Virus record (IMG/VR): IMGVR_UViG_3300030430_005376
Span: 32,001-96,000 of that record
DNA from: a virus
Strand: one strand, 5' to 3'
Length of the DNA: 64,000 nt
A program made the position numbers and the translations under genes. Each line of letters starts with the position of its first letter. Position 1 is the first letter of the stretch. This document shows, in pieces, positions 36,080-46,832 of the stretch. The notes beneath the pieces are model-generated. The model ran no database searches, was not told the origin of the DNA, and was given only the letters and a program-made list of their open reading frames with translations.

Positions 36080-39000
36080 TTAAGATTGACTTTCTTCTTC
36101 AAGTGCCTTAATTTTAGAGAGAACTTTGTTTCGAGTAGACGCAACAATATTTTGGTTTGGTGCCAAAAGATTCACAGTTGTTGTAAAATCACCAGGAGTA
36201 ATTGAATGTGTAACAGTGTTTGCTTGATATAAGTTATCTAAAGAAGTTCCTGTCTTTAGATCCAAAAATAGAGTGGTCCCTCTCAGCATCATCGGGCAAC
36301 CCATCATACTTACGTTAACAGCAGTAGGAAAAAATTGAACTTCGTCAAACTGTGCCTCGTTCTCATCTACCACCTGTCTTGCAATTGTTCTTTCATATCC
36401 TTCAACTATTTGAACATTTGCTATAATCGGAGGTACATTTGAGTCAACATTAACGCTCTTGATGACGCTGCTTGAATTGCCGTGAATTATTGTTGGATAC
36501 TTAGAAGCAATCACACTCTTCCAAAAATTTCTACTATTCTTAAATTTGTCAGATAAAGTTATGTTTTGTTGCGTGGCTGGCTCCAAATCAGGTGGTTTGA
36601 TAACTTTGCCGTCTTCTCTAGACCCTAGCCCTAAAACTACTTCATCCGAGTGTGGAATGGCGCCGGCGTCGTGCACGTGTATTCTTAAAATAGTCTTATC
36701 GACAAATATTCCATCTTGATCTTCAGTAGGGATGTCATCTTTTTTTGAGTCTTTAAAGGTTTTTACTACTTCAGCAAAGGGCCCTAAAATAGAACCAAGC
36801 CCTTTTTCTTCCGCAGTTTTTTCATCAATTGCAGGCGCGACTTCAAAAAATACATCTAACCTAATAGGTTGAAAAACACCAGATCTAGCACATAATTTAA
36901 CACCATCATTTTCATATATGTGGTTTAAGTTTGCTTCAATTTGCTGAAGTGCTGCTTTTGTAATACCCTCTAGAAAGTCTTGGATAGCTTTATCTTCTTT
37001 CTCTTTTTTAACTTCTGGTGTGGCACCTGCAGTTGTTGCAGGATCAAATTTAAATTTAAACGATACACTGTCAAATGAACCAACATTATCAGAAGGAGAT
37101 GAAGGAAGAGCAGTCAAAAAAGCTATTTTTTCTTCATGTGTCATTTTTTGAAAATTAGACTTTGTTTCTTTTATAGAACCTGCTGAAATTTTCTTGCTGT
37201 CTTCTTGTAAGTCATAAGCGCTGATTGATCTATCACTTAGATAGCGTTTAAGATGATTGACAAAACCTATGGCAGACAATTTTCTACTATTTACTTTTTC
37301 TTGATCATTTTCGCCCTGTAAAGACTTGTCCAGCATGTTTTTAAAAGCTTCTGCATTTATAGGCACACTCGCTGTCGTGTGTCGTCTGGCGCCGCCAGCT
37401 TGATGGTTAACCGGATAGAAAAAGACTTGGACATCATCAAAGACACCTGCTGTTGCCATCGGCAAGGCAACAAACTTAGTAAAAAGCTTGCCTAGCGTCA
37501 CATGATAGTCACCTTCTACGGTCTCTCCAGGCTCTATTCCGGCCTTGATTTGTGAATCTCTTAAATAAAAATTTAATAACTGACCAGCACCCTGATCAAA
37601 TTTTTTGTCACCGCGCCAAACATTTTCAGTAGTGACAGTGTCCTCAAATCTAGTTGCAAGCTGAAATGGATCAGGGGTAGTTCTTAAAGTTTCCCACTTT
37701 TCTTGAAAAGCTTCGCCTTCTGTCTTAAAATAAGATAATCCTGCAGCTCCATCTTCACCGGATGTTCCGTCGATAGGTTTTCCGTTAGCGTCTATGTACC
37801 CTGTCATCGCCTTTCTAAGTGCTTCAAAGAATTTTTTTCTATCTGCGTTGCTTTCTATACTAAAATCTTTTGCTTTAATAAGCTCGTTCACAGCTTGCAG
37901 CTTGTCAAAAGTTACTAACCTAGAAGGAGATGAAAGCTTATCATTTAATACTGTAGACTTTGGACGAGTCTCAGAAGCTTTTTTAACACCTTCGCCTTGC
38001 GCAGAGTTGACCGCCAAATCAATTACTCCTGCAAAAGCACTTAGACTCTGAAATACTCCAGCTCCAGAAGAAACTCTAGGAGTGACTGAACTGCTTCCTT
38101 TCGTGATGATATCAATGGTTATGTCAACAGTGTTGTCTGCCCCAAATCCGTAAGATACATTCTTTATATTATAAGCGCTTACATTTCTTAGATTGTTTAT
38201 ATACTTTCCTACTGTATTTGTTGAAGTAAGCTTGCTGTCTGGATGTGTCCATCCGTATTCGATAACAAAGTGTGAGTTTGCAAACTCATCAACTGCCAAC
38301 ATTGGGCTTACTTGTTTAAGCCTAGACTTGTCGTGAAGCTTAAGCTTAAGAACACCGTTTCTTGTTGACAGAAGACCTCCCACACCAGCGTCTTGCTCTG
38401 TTATGTCTAGCGATATTAAAGAAAGAAAAGGCTGAAATGGATCAAGCACAGCGCGATCTGCTCGAGCTCGATCTCCGTCTTCAGTGGCAAAATCAAATCC
38501 AAAACTGCTTTCTAGAATTGAGCTAAATGTGTTGTTTTCTGAATTGTAGTTTGCGTTCACCATCGTTTGTGGTGAGGTAAATAAATTCATGTAAGAGTAA
38601 CTCTCAAATGCAGTCTCGTTTTCATCTAAACCAGACGAGTTATTTATAGGCAATGGGTTTGTAAACGTATCATTTTTGTCCTCACCGAAAAATCTCGTGT
38701 AAGACATTTTAGGATTACCCACTTGATTTGGAAAAAATCGAGCTGGATAAACAAATTTTATTTCTAAGAAAGGCTGACATCTTGACATTTCAACATCAGT
38801 TATCGCACTAAAAAATATCGGCAAGTGTTGAGACTGTCGAGAACTTGGAGAATATGCTCCTTTTCTTATCACGTGTGCTGACAAGGAAGGCGCTGAAAAT
38901 TTATCTGCTTCTCCAGCTGTTGTAGCACTGTTAAGCCCTATGCTTTCTAGAGTAGTATTCTGATTTGGGTCTGGATTTGTATCAACAAAATCTAATATGC

Positions 39001-39376
39001 TGATCAACTTCTCATCTGATGAATTTACATCAGAAGTGTCTGAGATTGTTATGTCGTCAACTGACTTACCGTTATAGCAGGAGAGAATCAGGTCGCTTCT
39101 ATGTGTTACTTCCTTAAGAGCAGCAAAATCATTTAAAAGTTTGCTCATCCCTAAAGTTGTGTGAGCACCGACTGTGCGATCAAGTATTTTAGCTGTTAGG
39201 TTATCAGTAGCTATTTTTTCTGGATCCTCTTCCGTTTTTTCACTTTCTTTTCTTACTTCAAGTGTGTACTGATTGTACATTTCTTTATCAAGCCCTGTAA
39301 TAAATTTCTTGTACTCTTCAACAGCTGACAAGAAAACTTCAAAAGCAAGGTTGTAATTTCTGATATCTCCACTCAT
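36080..39376 (-). CDS. baseplate hub-like protein
   Basis: Position after the LysM/gpX-like gene; C-terminal VSMMGCP...LDL...YQANTVTHSITPGDFTTTVNL resembles late-control-D/hub proteins. Confidence 0.55.
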   Translation of the reverse strand: MSGDIRNYNLAFEVFLSAVEEYKKFITGLDKEMYNQYTLEVRKESEKTEEDPEKIATDNLTAKILDRTVGAHTTLGMSKLLNDFAALKEVTHRSDLILSCYNGKSVDDITISDTSDVNSSDEKLISILDFVDTNPDPNQNTTLESIGLNSATTAGEADKFSAPSLSAHVIRKGAYSPSSRQSQHLPIFFSAITDVEMSRCQPFLEIKFVYPARFFPNQVGNPKMSYTRFFGEDKNDTFTNPLPINNSSGLDENETAFESYSYMNLFTSPQTMVNANYNSENNTFSSILESSFGFDFATEDGDRARADRAVLDPFQPFLSLISLDITEQDAGVGGLLSTRNGVLKLKLHDKSRLKQVSPMLAVDEFANSHFVIEYGWTHPDSKLTSTNTVGKYINNLRNVSAYNIKNVSYGFGADNTVDITIDIITKGSSSVTPRVSSGAGVFQSLSAFAGVIDLAVNSAQGEGVKKASETRPKSTVLNDKLSSPSRLVTFDKLQAVNELIKAKDFSIESNADRKKFFEALRKAMTGYIDANGKPIDGTSGEDGAAGLSYFKTEGEAFQEKWETLRTTPDPFQLATRFEDTVTTENVWRGDKKFDQGAGQLLNFYLRDSQIKAGIEPGETVEGDYHVTLGKLFTKFVALPMATAGVFDDVQVFFYPVNHQAGGARRHTTASVPINAEAFKNMLDKSLQGENDQEKVNSRKLSAIGFVNHLKRYLSDRSISAYDLQEDSKKISAGSIKETKSNFQKMTHEEKIAFLTALPSSPSDNVGSFDSVSFKFKFDPATTAGATPEVKKEKEDKAIQDFLEGITKAALQQIEANLNHIYENDGVKLCARSGVFQPIRLDVFFEVAPAIDEKTAEEKGLGSILGPFAEVVKTFKDSKKDDIPTEDQDGIFVDKTILRIHVHDAGAIPHSDEVVLGLGSREDGKVIKPPDLEPATQQNITLSDKFKNSRNFWKSVIASKYPTIIHGNSSSVIKSVNVDSNVPPIIANVQIVEGYERTIARQVVDENEAQFDEVQFFPTAVNVSMMGCPMMLRGTTLFLDLKTGTSLDNLYQANTVTHSITPGDFTTTVNLLAPNQNIVASTRNKVLSKIKALEEESQS

Positions 39377-39663
39377 ATTATCACGCCTATGGCAGCTTCA
39401 AGACTTACAGGAATTCTAACAAGAGTTCCAGCTGGAACCTGCAAGCCCCAACCGATGCCGCTTGCAGCAGCAATCACCCACCAGTAAGCACCGTCGCCGT
39501 AATTTTCACCAGCTAACTGATCAAGTCTTCGGCCTTCTTCTAGAACAATATTCTTTGTTTTAATTGTGCCGTTCGAAGCCGCTCTAAATATTAAAAAATT
39601 TGCATTGCTAATAGACACACCTTCAGGTATTCTTCGAGCAAAATTATATCTTGAAATTGCCAT
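39373..39663 (-). CDS. LysM-like / gpX-type baseplate protein
   Basis: EGRRLDQLAGENYGDGAYWWVIAAA...PAGTLVRIP. Confidence 0.75.
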   Translation of the reverse strand: MAISRYNFARRIPEGVSISNANFLIFRAASNGTIKTKNIVLEEGRRLDQLAGENYGDGAYWWVIAAASGIGWGLQVPAGTLVRIPVSLEAAIGVII

Positions 39664-42600
39664 TATTTCTTACCTTTTTTATCGCCTAAGACGCGATGCT
39701 GATTTCCTGATTTATAAATACCAGTCTTTCCGGCTTTTCTAAAGTTAATTTCAGATTCTGATATTGCCTCCTCGTACGGATCACCAGCAACACTTCTCAT
39801 TATCTCGCCAACGTTGTAAAGCGGTGCTCTGTTGTATCCTGTGTGATCGATACCTGGCGGTATATCGTGTATGACGTCAAACTGAAATGTTATATCGCAA
39901 CCAATTGGAGCGCGAGCATTAAAATCTGTTTCCCAAGGAATATTATCTTCTAACCAGTTGAACGAGATATTTTTCATGACACCTGCTAAACCTCTACCCC
40001 TGGTTGTCTCAAAAGCTTTTGTAAAAGGGTTGACTTCAGGTCTCATAAATGTAGATTCTTTGTTTTCTATTAGAAGATTCACAAAACTTGTTGCAAAGTT
40101 GATTGTACCATTTAAAGCCTCAGGGGCGCTACCATCTCCAAATGCTGATCTCGCAGCGAGCGACAAAGCGCCGGCGGCATCTAGTGAACCAGCGCCGAAG
40201 ATAATACCAGCGAGTGAAGAACTAAAAGTCCTGAGTGGGCTGTTTAGAATTGACTCATGACTTACTATTAAGACTTTGTCAAATAAGGCATCCCCTGCTG
40301 TTTTATCTTTAACTTTAGCTCTGTAGAAAATCTTTCCGTCTGTATTGTTTATTGTTTTATCCACATCTACAATTAAGCGCTTTGTGGTAAAATAATTTTT
40401 ACCGTCATCTTCGCAGAAATAACCGTCTATGAAATTTGGATTTAGATAGTTAAAACCTTTTTTAAACTTAGCACCAGCATTCTCTCCAGATACGTTTGGG
40501 TCTTTAAGCACATTTATGATCTGACTGGTTAGAAGCGGGTTAGCGTATCCGTTTACAAGAACTGTGGCAAGAGCTGAAGCAGCAGCATCTGATGCTCCTA
40601 GCGCCGCTGCTCTCCCTAGCACACTGTCGATTCCTTGCGCATCTACCGAAAGAAGCTCAATTAACCCTTGAGGAGAGCCTAAAACAGCAGCAAAAAGCAA
40701 GATCACTGCTTCTTTAATTGCATCCACTACCTTAAAGAAGCCTTGCCCAGCAAATTCAGTTTGTAAGTTAATAAATTGATCAGAAATAACTTTTGCACTG
40801 ACTTCTGGATCTCCAATACCAAAAGTTCTGGCTAAATTAAATCTAGAATAGTTTGATTTAATAATGTCACCGACTCTAAGTCTAATTACTGGAGAAGCAC
40901 CGACAACTTGCGTAAAGGGCTGATAGAATTGTGACTCATCTGAGAGACTGCCTACAAAAGTTCCTTTCGTCCATTGTGGGTAAAGAAGTGTGACTAACTT
41001 ATTTATTTTATACCACATCTCATCAAAATCTTCTCTGTTGGTTGCGTAAACTGTGAAGCCGAGTTGCAAAGACCTGGTTGTTCCTTGGTAAGTCTGGACA
41101 GGATCCATTCTACCAAACGACCTTGTCTGCCCATATGAGGGGGTAATAGTGTCAGATAATTGTTTCAAAAACGCGTGGAAAGCAATAATTTCGTTTGTTC
41201 TTAGGTCGTGAAAGTAGAACGGAACATACTCGGAGTCAAGCCTATCTTCGATAATCTTAACCACTCTGTTTGGTATTCTTGCATTTGTTCCGTTTGTGTC
41301 TAGACCCGTGTAAGTATTTCTAACCATTCTGCTTCCGAGCATACCATGCATCGGGTTTTGTCCTGAAAAAGTATTGTTTAGCAGTTGAACTGATCTGATT
41401 ATATTCAAGGGTAATAAATAAGTTGATGGGACGCTGCTTTGCTCCCAAGCTAGAGTCGTTTCGCTTCCCATTGTTGGATTAGAATCAGGCTGCTTACCTA
41501 TTCTACTTTTTCCTACGCGATGACCTGGAAGATTTGGCAATGAGTCTGGATCTCTAACTAAATCTACATTTTTCCTATCATCTTGCTTAACAGCATTTTT
41601 CGAATGCAGACTTTTTTCTCCAATAGTAGCGATCACGTTTATGACTCTTAAAATCTTGTCATTTTCATTTAGTATTTTTGAGATGGCAATTTTTTCAGAT
41701 TCGGTGTCACCGTTGTTTGGTGCACCTACGTTTTCTAAACTCTCAGTAAAACTGTTAACAGAGTTTAAGATAGAATTAGACACTGCGTGCCAGAAGCCTG
41801 GGGCGTCTGAAAAATCTAACCTGCGTTCTTGTCTTCCTTTGCTTGTAGAATTTTTAGTCAGATTAGTCTCTGACAAGTCTTGATCTTCTTTGTTTCCAAA
41901 CATTGATAGAAGACCTTCATTAAAACAGTCAAGGTAGTTAAAGTCTGTGACACTTAACACGTTTGTTAAAAAATAATTTTTTGCTACAAATCGTGTTGAT
42001 TTTCTACTTTGGCCTAATATGAGCTTACCAGCTTGTGCCTTGTCTGTCAAAGTAGCAATTTTAGGTATACTCTCAGAAATACTTTTAAACTCTGCTACAT
42101 TTAATTCTTCTGTTATGGTTTCAAATAGTGTTTTTGCTGCGCTGACGACTGCAATTAGCCTAAAAGCAGTTTTTAATCTCTGTGCTCTAGAGTAATCTCC
42201 AAATCTAATTGCACTGTTGTAGCTAGAACCAAATGAGGAAGAATTTTTAGAATTTTCTTCTTCATAGTCTAAGTTTATACCTGTACCGGCTCTTACTGAT
42301 TCTTCTCCGAAAGAAGCACCTAGCGCAGGAAAACCTGTTGCGTTCATACTTAATAATCGAGTCATTACCTTTTTTTGAACATCTCGAGCTTCTTCTAAAT
42401 CTCCTGCAGCAATGTTTTGAAGTGTTGATTCCACAAATGACAAGTCACCACCTGGCACGTCTCTCACGTCATACCCAGTAGCCCTAAGTAGTAAAGATGA
42501 TCCAATATTTTTTAGCTGATCAAAAGAAACGTCTGTAGTAATTCTTTGGTCTCTTCTTCCGTCGTTGCCTACATCTGGCCCTGAATAGCCAGGTATTGTC

Positions 42601-43274
42601 AAGTTATCTTTTTCATCTATTTCTGATCCAAAAGGTAATGTTTCACTAGCATAACTATTGTCAACATTAAACCTGTTGTTTCTTTTTAGAGCCTCAATAG
42701 ATGCAGCAACAAGAAAGTCTTTTGGGTCGCTAGCTTCTTCAGGGATTAAAACTTTGCCCAACAAGTCATTTGCAGTTCTAGGACCGCCAGGTTGGCCGTC
42801 TCCTCTCTCTGCACCGTCAATTTTACTTATGAGTTGATCAAGCTCGTCAACTGGAGACGCAGCTGTTCCAGTTGAAGGATCGTCAAAATATCCGGTGTTG
42901 CTGTAACTCGACAACATTGAATCTTGAACAGATCCTTGTGTCACGAAAGGCTGACCTAAGATAAAGCCACTAGGATCTTGCAGAGGCTCTCCTCTTTTAC
43001 CTGCATATGTTTCATTGTTGCCTCTTCCAAAGACATAGAGGTTTTCTTCTCTCTCAGAGATAAAGTTTAAGAACCTGCCTGTGAGGCCAGCGTCAGCGTC
43101 AGCTGCATCAAACCCAATTAGAGGTTGCCCGGTATTTGTCTCAAGTCCTAATCCTGAACTATCACCAAACGCGGCCACACCGTCAACAGTATAGCTAACC
43201 ATACCTTCAGGATTTTCAAACCCGGCAGGTAAAGTTTCACCTCTTAAAAAATCTTTGAAAGTTTCTCTTGCCAT
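39663..43274 (-). CDS. tail tube initiator / baseplate protein with long extensions
   Basis: Tube-fold-like segment FHAFLKQLSD...FGRMDPVQTYQGTTRSLQLGF...KINKLVTLLYPQW; C-terminal NISFNW...CDITFQFDVIHD. Confidence 0.55.
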   Translation of the reverse strand: MARETFKDFLRGETLPAGFENPEGMVSYTVDGVAAFGDSSGLGLETNTGQPLIGFDAADADAGLTGRFLNFISEREENLYVFGRGNNETYAGKRGEPLQDPSGFILGQPFVTQGSVQDSMLSSYSNTGYFDDPSTGTAASPVDELDQLISKIDGAERGDGQPGGPRTANDLLGKVLIPEEASDPKDFLVAASIEALKRNNRFNVDNSYASETLPFGSEIDEKDNLTIPGYSGPDVGNDGRRDQRITTDVSFDQLKNIGSSLLLRATGYDVRDVPGGDLSFVESTLQNIAAGDLEEARDVQKKVMTRLLSMNATGFPALGASFGEESVRAGTGINLDYEEENSKNSSSFGSSYNSAIRFGDYSRAQRLKTAFRLIAVVSAAKTLFETITEELNVAEFKSISESIPKIATLTDKAQAGKLILGQSRKSTRFVAKNYFLTNVLSVTDFNYLDCFNEGLLSMFGNKEDQDLSETNLTKNSTSKGRQERRLDFSDAPGFWHAVSNSILNSVNSFTESLENVGAPNNGDTESEKIAISKILNENDKILRVINVIATIGEKSLHSKNAVKQDDRKNVDLVRDPDSLPNLPGHRVGKSRIGKQPDSNPTMGSETTLAWEQSSVPSTYLLPLNIIRSVQLLNNTFSGQNPMHGMLGSRMVRNTYTGLDTNGTNARIPNRVVKIIEDRLDSEYVPFYFHDLRTNEIIAFHAFLKQLSDTITPSYGQTRSFGRMDPVQTYQGTTRSLQLGFTVYATNREDFDEMWYKINKLVTLLYPQWTKGTFVGSLSDESQFYQPFTQVVGASPVIRLRVGDIIKSNYSRFNLARTFGIGDPEVSAKVISDQFINLQTEFAGQGFFKVVDAIKEAVILLFAAVLGSPQGLIELLSVDAQGIDSVLGRAAALGASDAAASALATVLVNGYANPLLTSQIINVLKDPNVSGENAGAKFKKGFNYLNPNFIDGYFCEDDGKNYFTTKRLIVDVDKTINNTDGKIFYRAKVKDKTAGDALFDKVLIVSHESILNSPLRTFSSSLAGIIFGAGSLDAAGALSLAARSAFGDGSAPEALNGTINFATSFVNLLIENKESTFMRPEVNPFTKAFETTRGRGLAGVMKNISFNWLEDNIPWETDFNARAPIGCDITFQFDVIHDIPPGIDHTGYNRAPLYNVGEIMRSVAGDPYEEAISESEINFRKAGKTGIYKSGNQHRVLGDKKGKK

Positions 43275-43492
43275 CCGAGTTCCTTAATCTGTTCTTTGAA
43301 CAACTGACCTGCTCTTTTTCTTCTGACAGGATCGCTTGATATACTTTCCACGCTTTCAAATAAAGGTTCAAGCTCTTTCACGACCTCATCTAAGTAAATA
43401 TTAATCTCTTCAATTTCTTTTTCAGACATACCTTCGCAAAAAGCATCTTTTTGCCTTGCGAGTTCATCAATAATTTCTTGGTAGTGTTTCAT
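43244..43492 (-). CDS. hypothetical protein
   Basis: Small ORF between tape measure and baseplate genes. Confidence 0.6.
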   Translation of the reverse strand: MKHYQEIIDELARQKDAFCEGMSEKEIEEINIYLDEVVKELEPLFESVESISSDPVRRKRAGQLFKEQIKELGWQEKLSKIF

Positions 43493-43499
43493 ATTTTTC

Positions 43500-45725
43500 C
43501 TAAGAAGTCTTTACGTAAGCAAATGATCGATTATCTGATGTTCTTGTTGAAGGTTGAAGCAAGACTTCAGCAAGCATTTTCTTGTCAATTTCAAGTGTCA
43601 CGTTAGTTGTCTGATCTATGTTTTCCATGCCATTTTGAATTGCATCTACAATTGCGACCTTAATCTCTTCAATTACTTCTGTCATAGAAAATTCTTCTTC
43701 ATTTTCAGTAGCTAAATTTTTAGACAATTCTTCTAGCGCATTAATTTCTTCATTTAAGTTTACGTCAGCAGACAAAACAGTGTTGATTTCTTCAGGGGCG
43801 AGTCCCATCAAGTCTACGAGTGCTCCTTCCTGGGCACGTGTAAGTGCGTCTATTTCTAGGTTCTGTTCAGCAAGATAAGTTTTTAGAAACTCGCTTCCTT
43901 CTCCAACAGGTTTAAATACTTTAGGTAGCGATGCAGGTGACCATGACTCACTAGTCACATCGTACAAATCTTCATAACCTTCTTTGTAGGGGTCAGATAT
44001 GAACGGAGCAGTTTCTTGCATGTATCCAACAAGATATTTAGTGCCTTCTTCAATTGGTCTGTAAATTTTAGGCATCGATCTTGGCGAAAACAGATCTTGA
44101 ATAAACTCAAACAGTTTATTTATTGCTTTTTCTGTCCCACCTGTCACAGAATTGATTGATTTCTCGAGAGATCCAAGCATCTTCTCGCCAGCCTCAATAC
44201 CTTTTGCTACTGTTGACAATTCTGTTTGAATAGCTCCTTCGACACCTGCTGTGTACGTTTTAAAGCTGCCCTTTGTTGCCTCGTTGAGCACTTTACCAAA
44301 TGCTGATTGGTTACCAAGCGATTTTATCACTTCGCCAGAATAGCCTGCCATGGCTTCTGAGTGTTTGTTAATCTGAGATGCGATCGTAAGGAATCTTTGA
44401 TCTTCTGCGATTTGAGCTAGTCGTTCACTTGACCTCTGGTACTTGAGAGTCGTCTGGTCTAGAGTTTTTTCTCTATCTTCCTGCGTTTGAGTTGCTGCTT
44501 CTCCGGACGCCTTAAGCATGTCTGCTTGACTAGTTAAGGTGTTGTTAGCGTTCATTAGCGTCTTGAGCTCGCTCATCGGTACGCCTATCGCCTGAGAGAG
44601 TGCTCTCTGTTTTGTATTTGACATCGTCTCAAAATCTTGACCTTGGGCTAAAAGATCCTCTCTGAGCCTTCTTGCAAATTCTTCTTCGTCTTCATTGGCT
44701 AGGTACATGTACTCTTGAGCATCGATTTGAATATCAAAAAGAGAACTCAGCAGATTTGCTTTTTCAACAGCACCCCCAAAGTCTCTAAATCCTGACACAA
44801 CATTTTGGAATGTTCCGGTCTGCATACCTACTTCTTTAAGAGAAGCAGCTAATCGAGTAGCGCCAGCAACACCAATATTAGTGAAGAAGTCCATGTTCTT
44901 CACAAGTTTAGTTGTGTCATCAAGAAGATCTTGCATTGTCACACCAACTTCTCTACCTACCATTTCTGCGTGACTTACAAGATCATCAAGAATCTCTGTG
45001 CTGACTTTTCCTGTCTGTGCAAACTGAACATTGATTAACTCTGCAACACCTTCAGCTTCAATTCCTGTTGCTTTTGAAAATTTGACAACGTCTTTCATGT
45101 TGTCACCAGTTATTTGCTTCACTGCCTGGACGTTTTGGTTTGACAATGCTGAAGAGAAATTTTGGAAATCTTCTACTAGGTCAGCTAAGTTACCAGAAGT
45201 TATCTGCATCATATCGCCGCCAGCATTAAAGTCGTCTCTTAAAGATGCAAATATCTGTAATTGACTTTTAGCAAACTCATTTGTAATACTCGAAAAATCA
45301 ACTTCTGCAGACATATCCTCTATGTCTTTAAGTCCTGCACCAAATGTTTGAATGAGACCGCGGTTCATTCTGGACATCTCGTTGTTTTGCAAGTTTGCGG
45401 CGTTATCAAAAGCTGCCTTGTTGACGGCTATCATCTGTGCACCGAGACCTATGACCTTGTTCATTATCACATTTGCTTGTGCGTCAACTTGAGCCGCAGG
45501 TACTGTCAGAGTATCTGATAAAGGCGTGAGTCCTTCAGGTGCACCACCTGCGTCACCAGTTCCGCCTAAACGAGTTCTGGGTGGCGGCGGAGACTCATCA
45601 ATTCCTCCGCGGCGGCCTCTTGCCCCAGCACCTCTTCCTGAAGAAAAATAGTCGTCAAAACCCCTTCTGATGCCTTTAGAAATAGCTTCAGTAAGATCTG
45701 CCATGTCTGAGCTGTCTAGAGCCAT
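43500..45725 (-). CDS. tape measure protein
   Basis: Helical A/L/S/E-rich protein directly downstream of tube and chaperone genes. Confidence 0.7.
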   Translation of the reverse strand: MALDSSDMADLTEAISKGIRRGFDDYFSSGRGAGARGRRGGIDESPPPPRTRLGGTGDAGGAPEGLTPLSDTLTVPAAQVDAQANVIMNKVIGLGAQMIAVNKAAFDNAANLQNNEMSRMNRGLIQTFGAGLKDIEDMSAEVDFSSITNEFAKSQLQIFASLRDDFNAGGDMMQITSGNLADLVEDFQNFSSALSNQNVQAVKQITGDNMKDVVKFSKATGIEAEGVAELINVQFAQTGKVSTEILDDLVSHAEMVGREVGVTMQDLLDDTTKLVKNMDFFTNIGVAGATRLAASLKEVGMQTGTFQNVVSGFRDFGGAVEKANLLSSLFDIQIDAQEYMYLANEDEEEFARRLREDLLAQGQDFETMSNTKQRALSQAIGVPMSELKTLMNANNTLTSQADMLKASGEAATQTQEDREKTLDQTTLKYQRSSERLAQIAEDQRFLTIASQINKHSEAMAGYSGEVIKSLGNQSAFGKVLNEATKGSFKTYTAGVEGAIQTELSTVAKGIEAGEKMLGSLEKSINSVTGGTEKAINKLFEFIQDLFSPRSMPKIYRPIEEGTKYLVGYMQETAPFISDPYKEGYEDLYDVTSESWSPASLPKVFKPVGEGSEFLKTYLAEQNLEIDALTRAQEGALVDLMGLAPEEINTVLSADVNLNEEINALEELSKNLATENEEEFSMTEVIEEIKVAIVDAIQNGMENIDQTTNVTLEIDKKMLAEVLLQPSTRTSDNRSFAYVKTS

Positions 45726-45753
45726 GTTTTCTCCTATTTTTAAATAGGTCTAC

Positions 45754-45999
45754 TTAAATTTTTTGATTAATCATTTTTTCAAACTTGTCTAAGCTTGACA
45801 TGTCAGGTGAAGATTGAGAATTACTTGATCTGTTTTCCATTGCTTTTTTCTTGTCTTCAAAATGTTTTGACAGTCGTTTTACGTACCATGTTCTGTATCG
45901 AACTGGTAATCTTCGCAATTCTGTGTATGACATACCCAGGTGCATCTGGAGCAGGAAGCACTCTTCTAAGAATGCTTCTCTCCAGTTATGTACTGGGCC
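45754..45999 (-). CDS. tail assembly chaperone extension (GT-like), likely reached by frameshift
   Basis: Frame is open from the T7 run (GPVHNWREAFLEECFLLQ) into MHLGMSYTELRRLPVRYRTWY; weak SD at ATG 45945. Confidence 0.65.
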   Translation of the reverse strand, partial: GPVHNWREAFLEECFLLQMHLGMSYTELRRLPVRYRTWYVKRLSKHFEDKKKAMENRSSNSQSSPDMSSLDKFEKMINQKI

Positions 46000-46816
46000 A
46001 AAAAAACTCTGTAGTTATAGGAAGCGATATGTCACTAACTGTGCCGCAATTTTGGCATGTCATGCTATGCTTCATATTGATACCTGGTTCGTTTTCAACA
46101 ATAAACGCTCTCAACTTTTTTGAGTCAAAAGCTGGCATATTCTTAATAAAGTGCTTAATTTTGAGTCTGTCTCTAATACCATCAACTGATGTGATTGTGC
46201 TTTCTAAGTAAGAAGTTATGTTGTTTTCTATCTTTGAACCTAGCGCTTTCGTTTTGTTTTTGCTTTCTATCCCTCTTCTTCTTTCCTCGCCGCCTGTCAA
46301 GTATTTAAAAGTTACTTTCTTCTTTGTCACAGGTAGAATATATTCAAAATCGTTAGTACCTGGCGCTGTTGGTTCTATTTTAAGCCTATTAATTTCAAGA
46401 GAAGATAAATCTGCTTCAAATTTATTGTTATGCCCACAGTTAGGACATGATGAAGAAGCCTTATAAGAAGGTCCGTATCCGGTGACTCTAATGCCTACCA
46501 TTAAAGAAATTCTATCTCCAAGTATTAGATCTTCTGGGTTTATTGATTTATCAACAAGACATGACTTAATCAATTGTGAGATAACTGTGCCTTCTTTATG
46601 AAATGCGGGTGAAGCAAGAATATCTTCTTCATGAGCAGTCATTGACTTAATTTTCAGTGTTTCTCTATTGTACAAAACTGAGTCTGGATTGTATAGTGAA
46701 CCACGTGAAGGAAGAGGAATAGCTTCGACTGGCACCTCCCATCCGAAATCTTCCTTCATAATATTTTGACGCATCATACCGTCGGGTGTTTCACCCATTA
46801 ACTCTGTTTTTGACAT
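45986..46816 (-). CDS. tail/baseplate assembly chaperone (T4 gp26-like)
   Basis: IPLPSRG..Y, IKSMTAHEEDIL, CPNC and CQNC Zn pairs, ending FFWP. Confidence 0.75.
   Translation of the reverse strand: MSKTELMGETPDGMMRQNIMKEDFGWEVPVEAIPLPSRGSLYNPDSVLYNRETLKIKSMTAHEEDILASPAFHKEGTVISQLIKSCLVDKSINPEDLILGDRISLMVGIRVTGYGPSYKASSSCPNCGHNNKFEADLSSLEINRLKIEPTAPGTNDFEYILPVTKKKVTFKYLTGGEERRRGIESKNKTKALGSKIENNITSYLESTITSVDGIRDRLKIKHFIKNMPAFDSKKLRAFIVENEPGINMKHSMTCQNCGTVSDISLPITTEFFWPST
46000..46006 (-). promoter_or_regulatory. candidate programmed +1 frameshift site UUU-UUU-UGG
   Basis: T7 run; the +1 frame is open into the downstream ORF and the -1 frame stops after 11 codons. Confidence 0.65.
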
Positions 46817-46832
46817 ACTTACTCCATAAAAA

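Noticed and set aside
45965-46006. Canonical -1 tail chaperone frameshift
   Set aside because: The -1 frame hits TAG after 11 codons; only the +1 frame reaches the downstream ORF.
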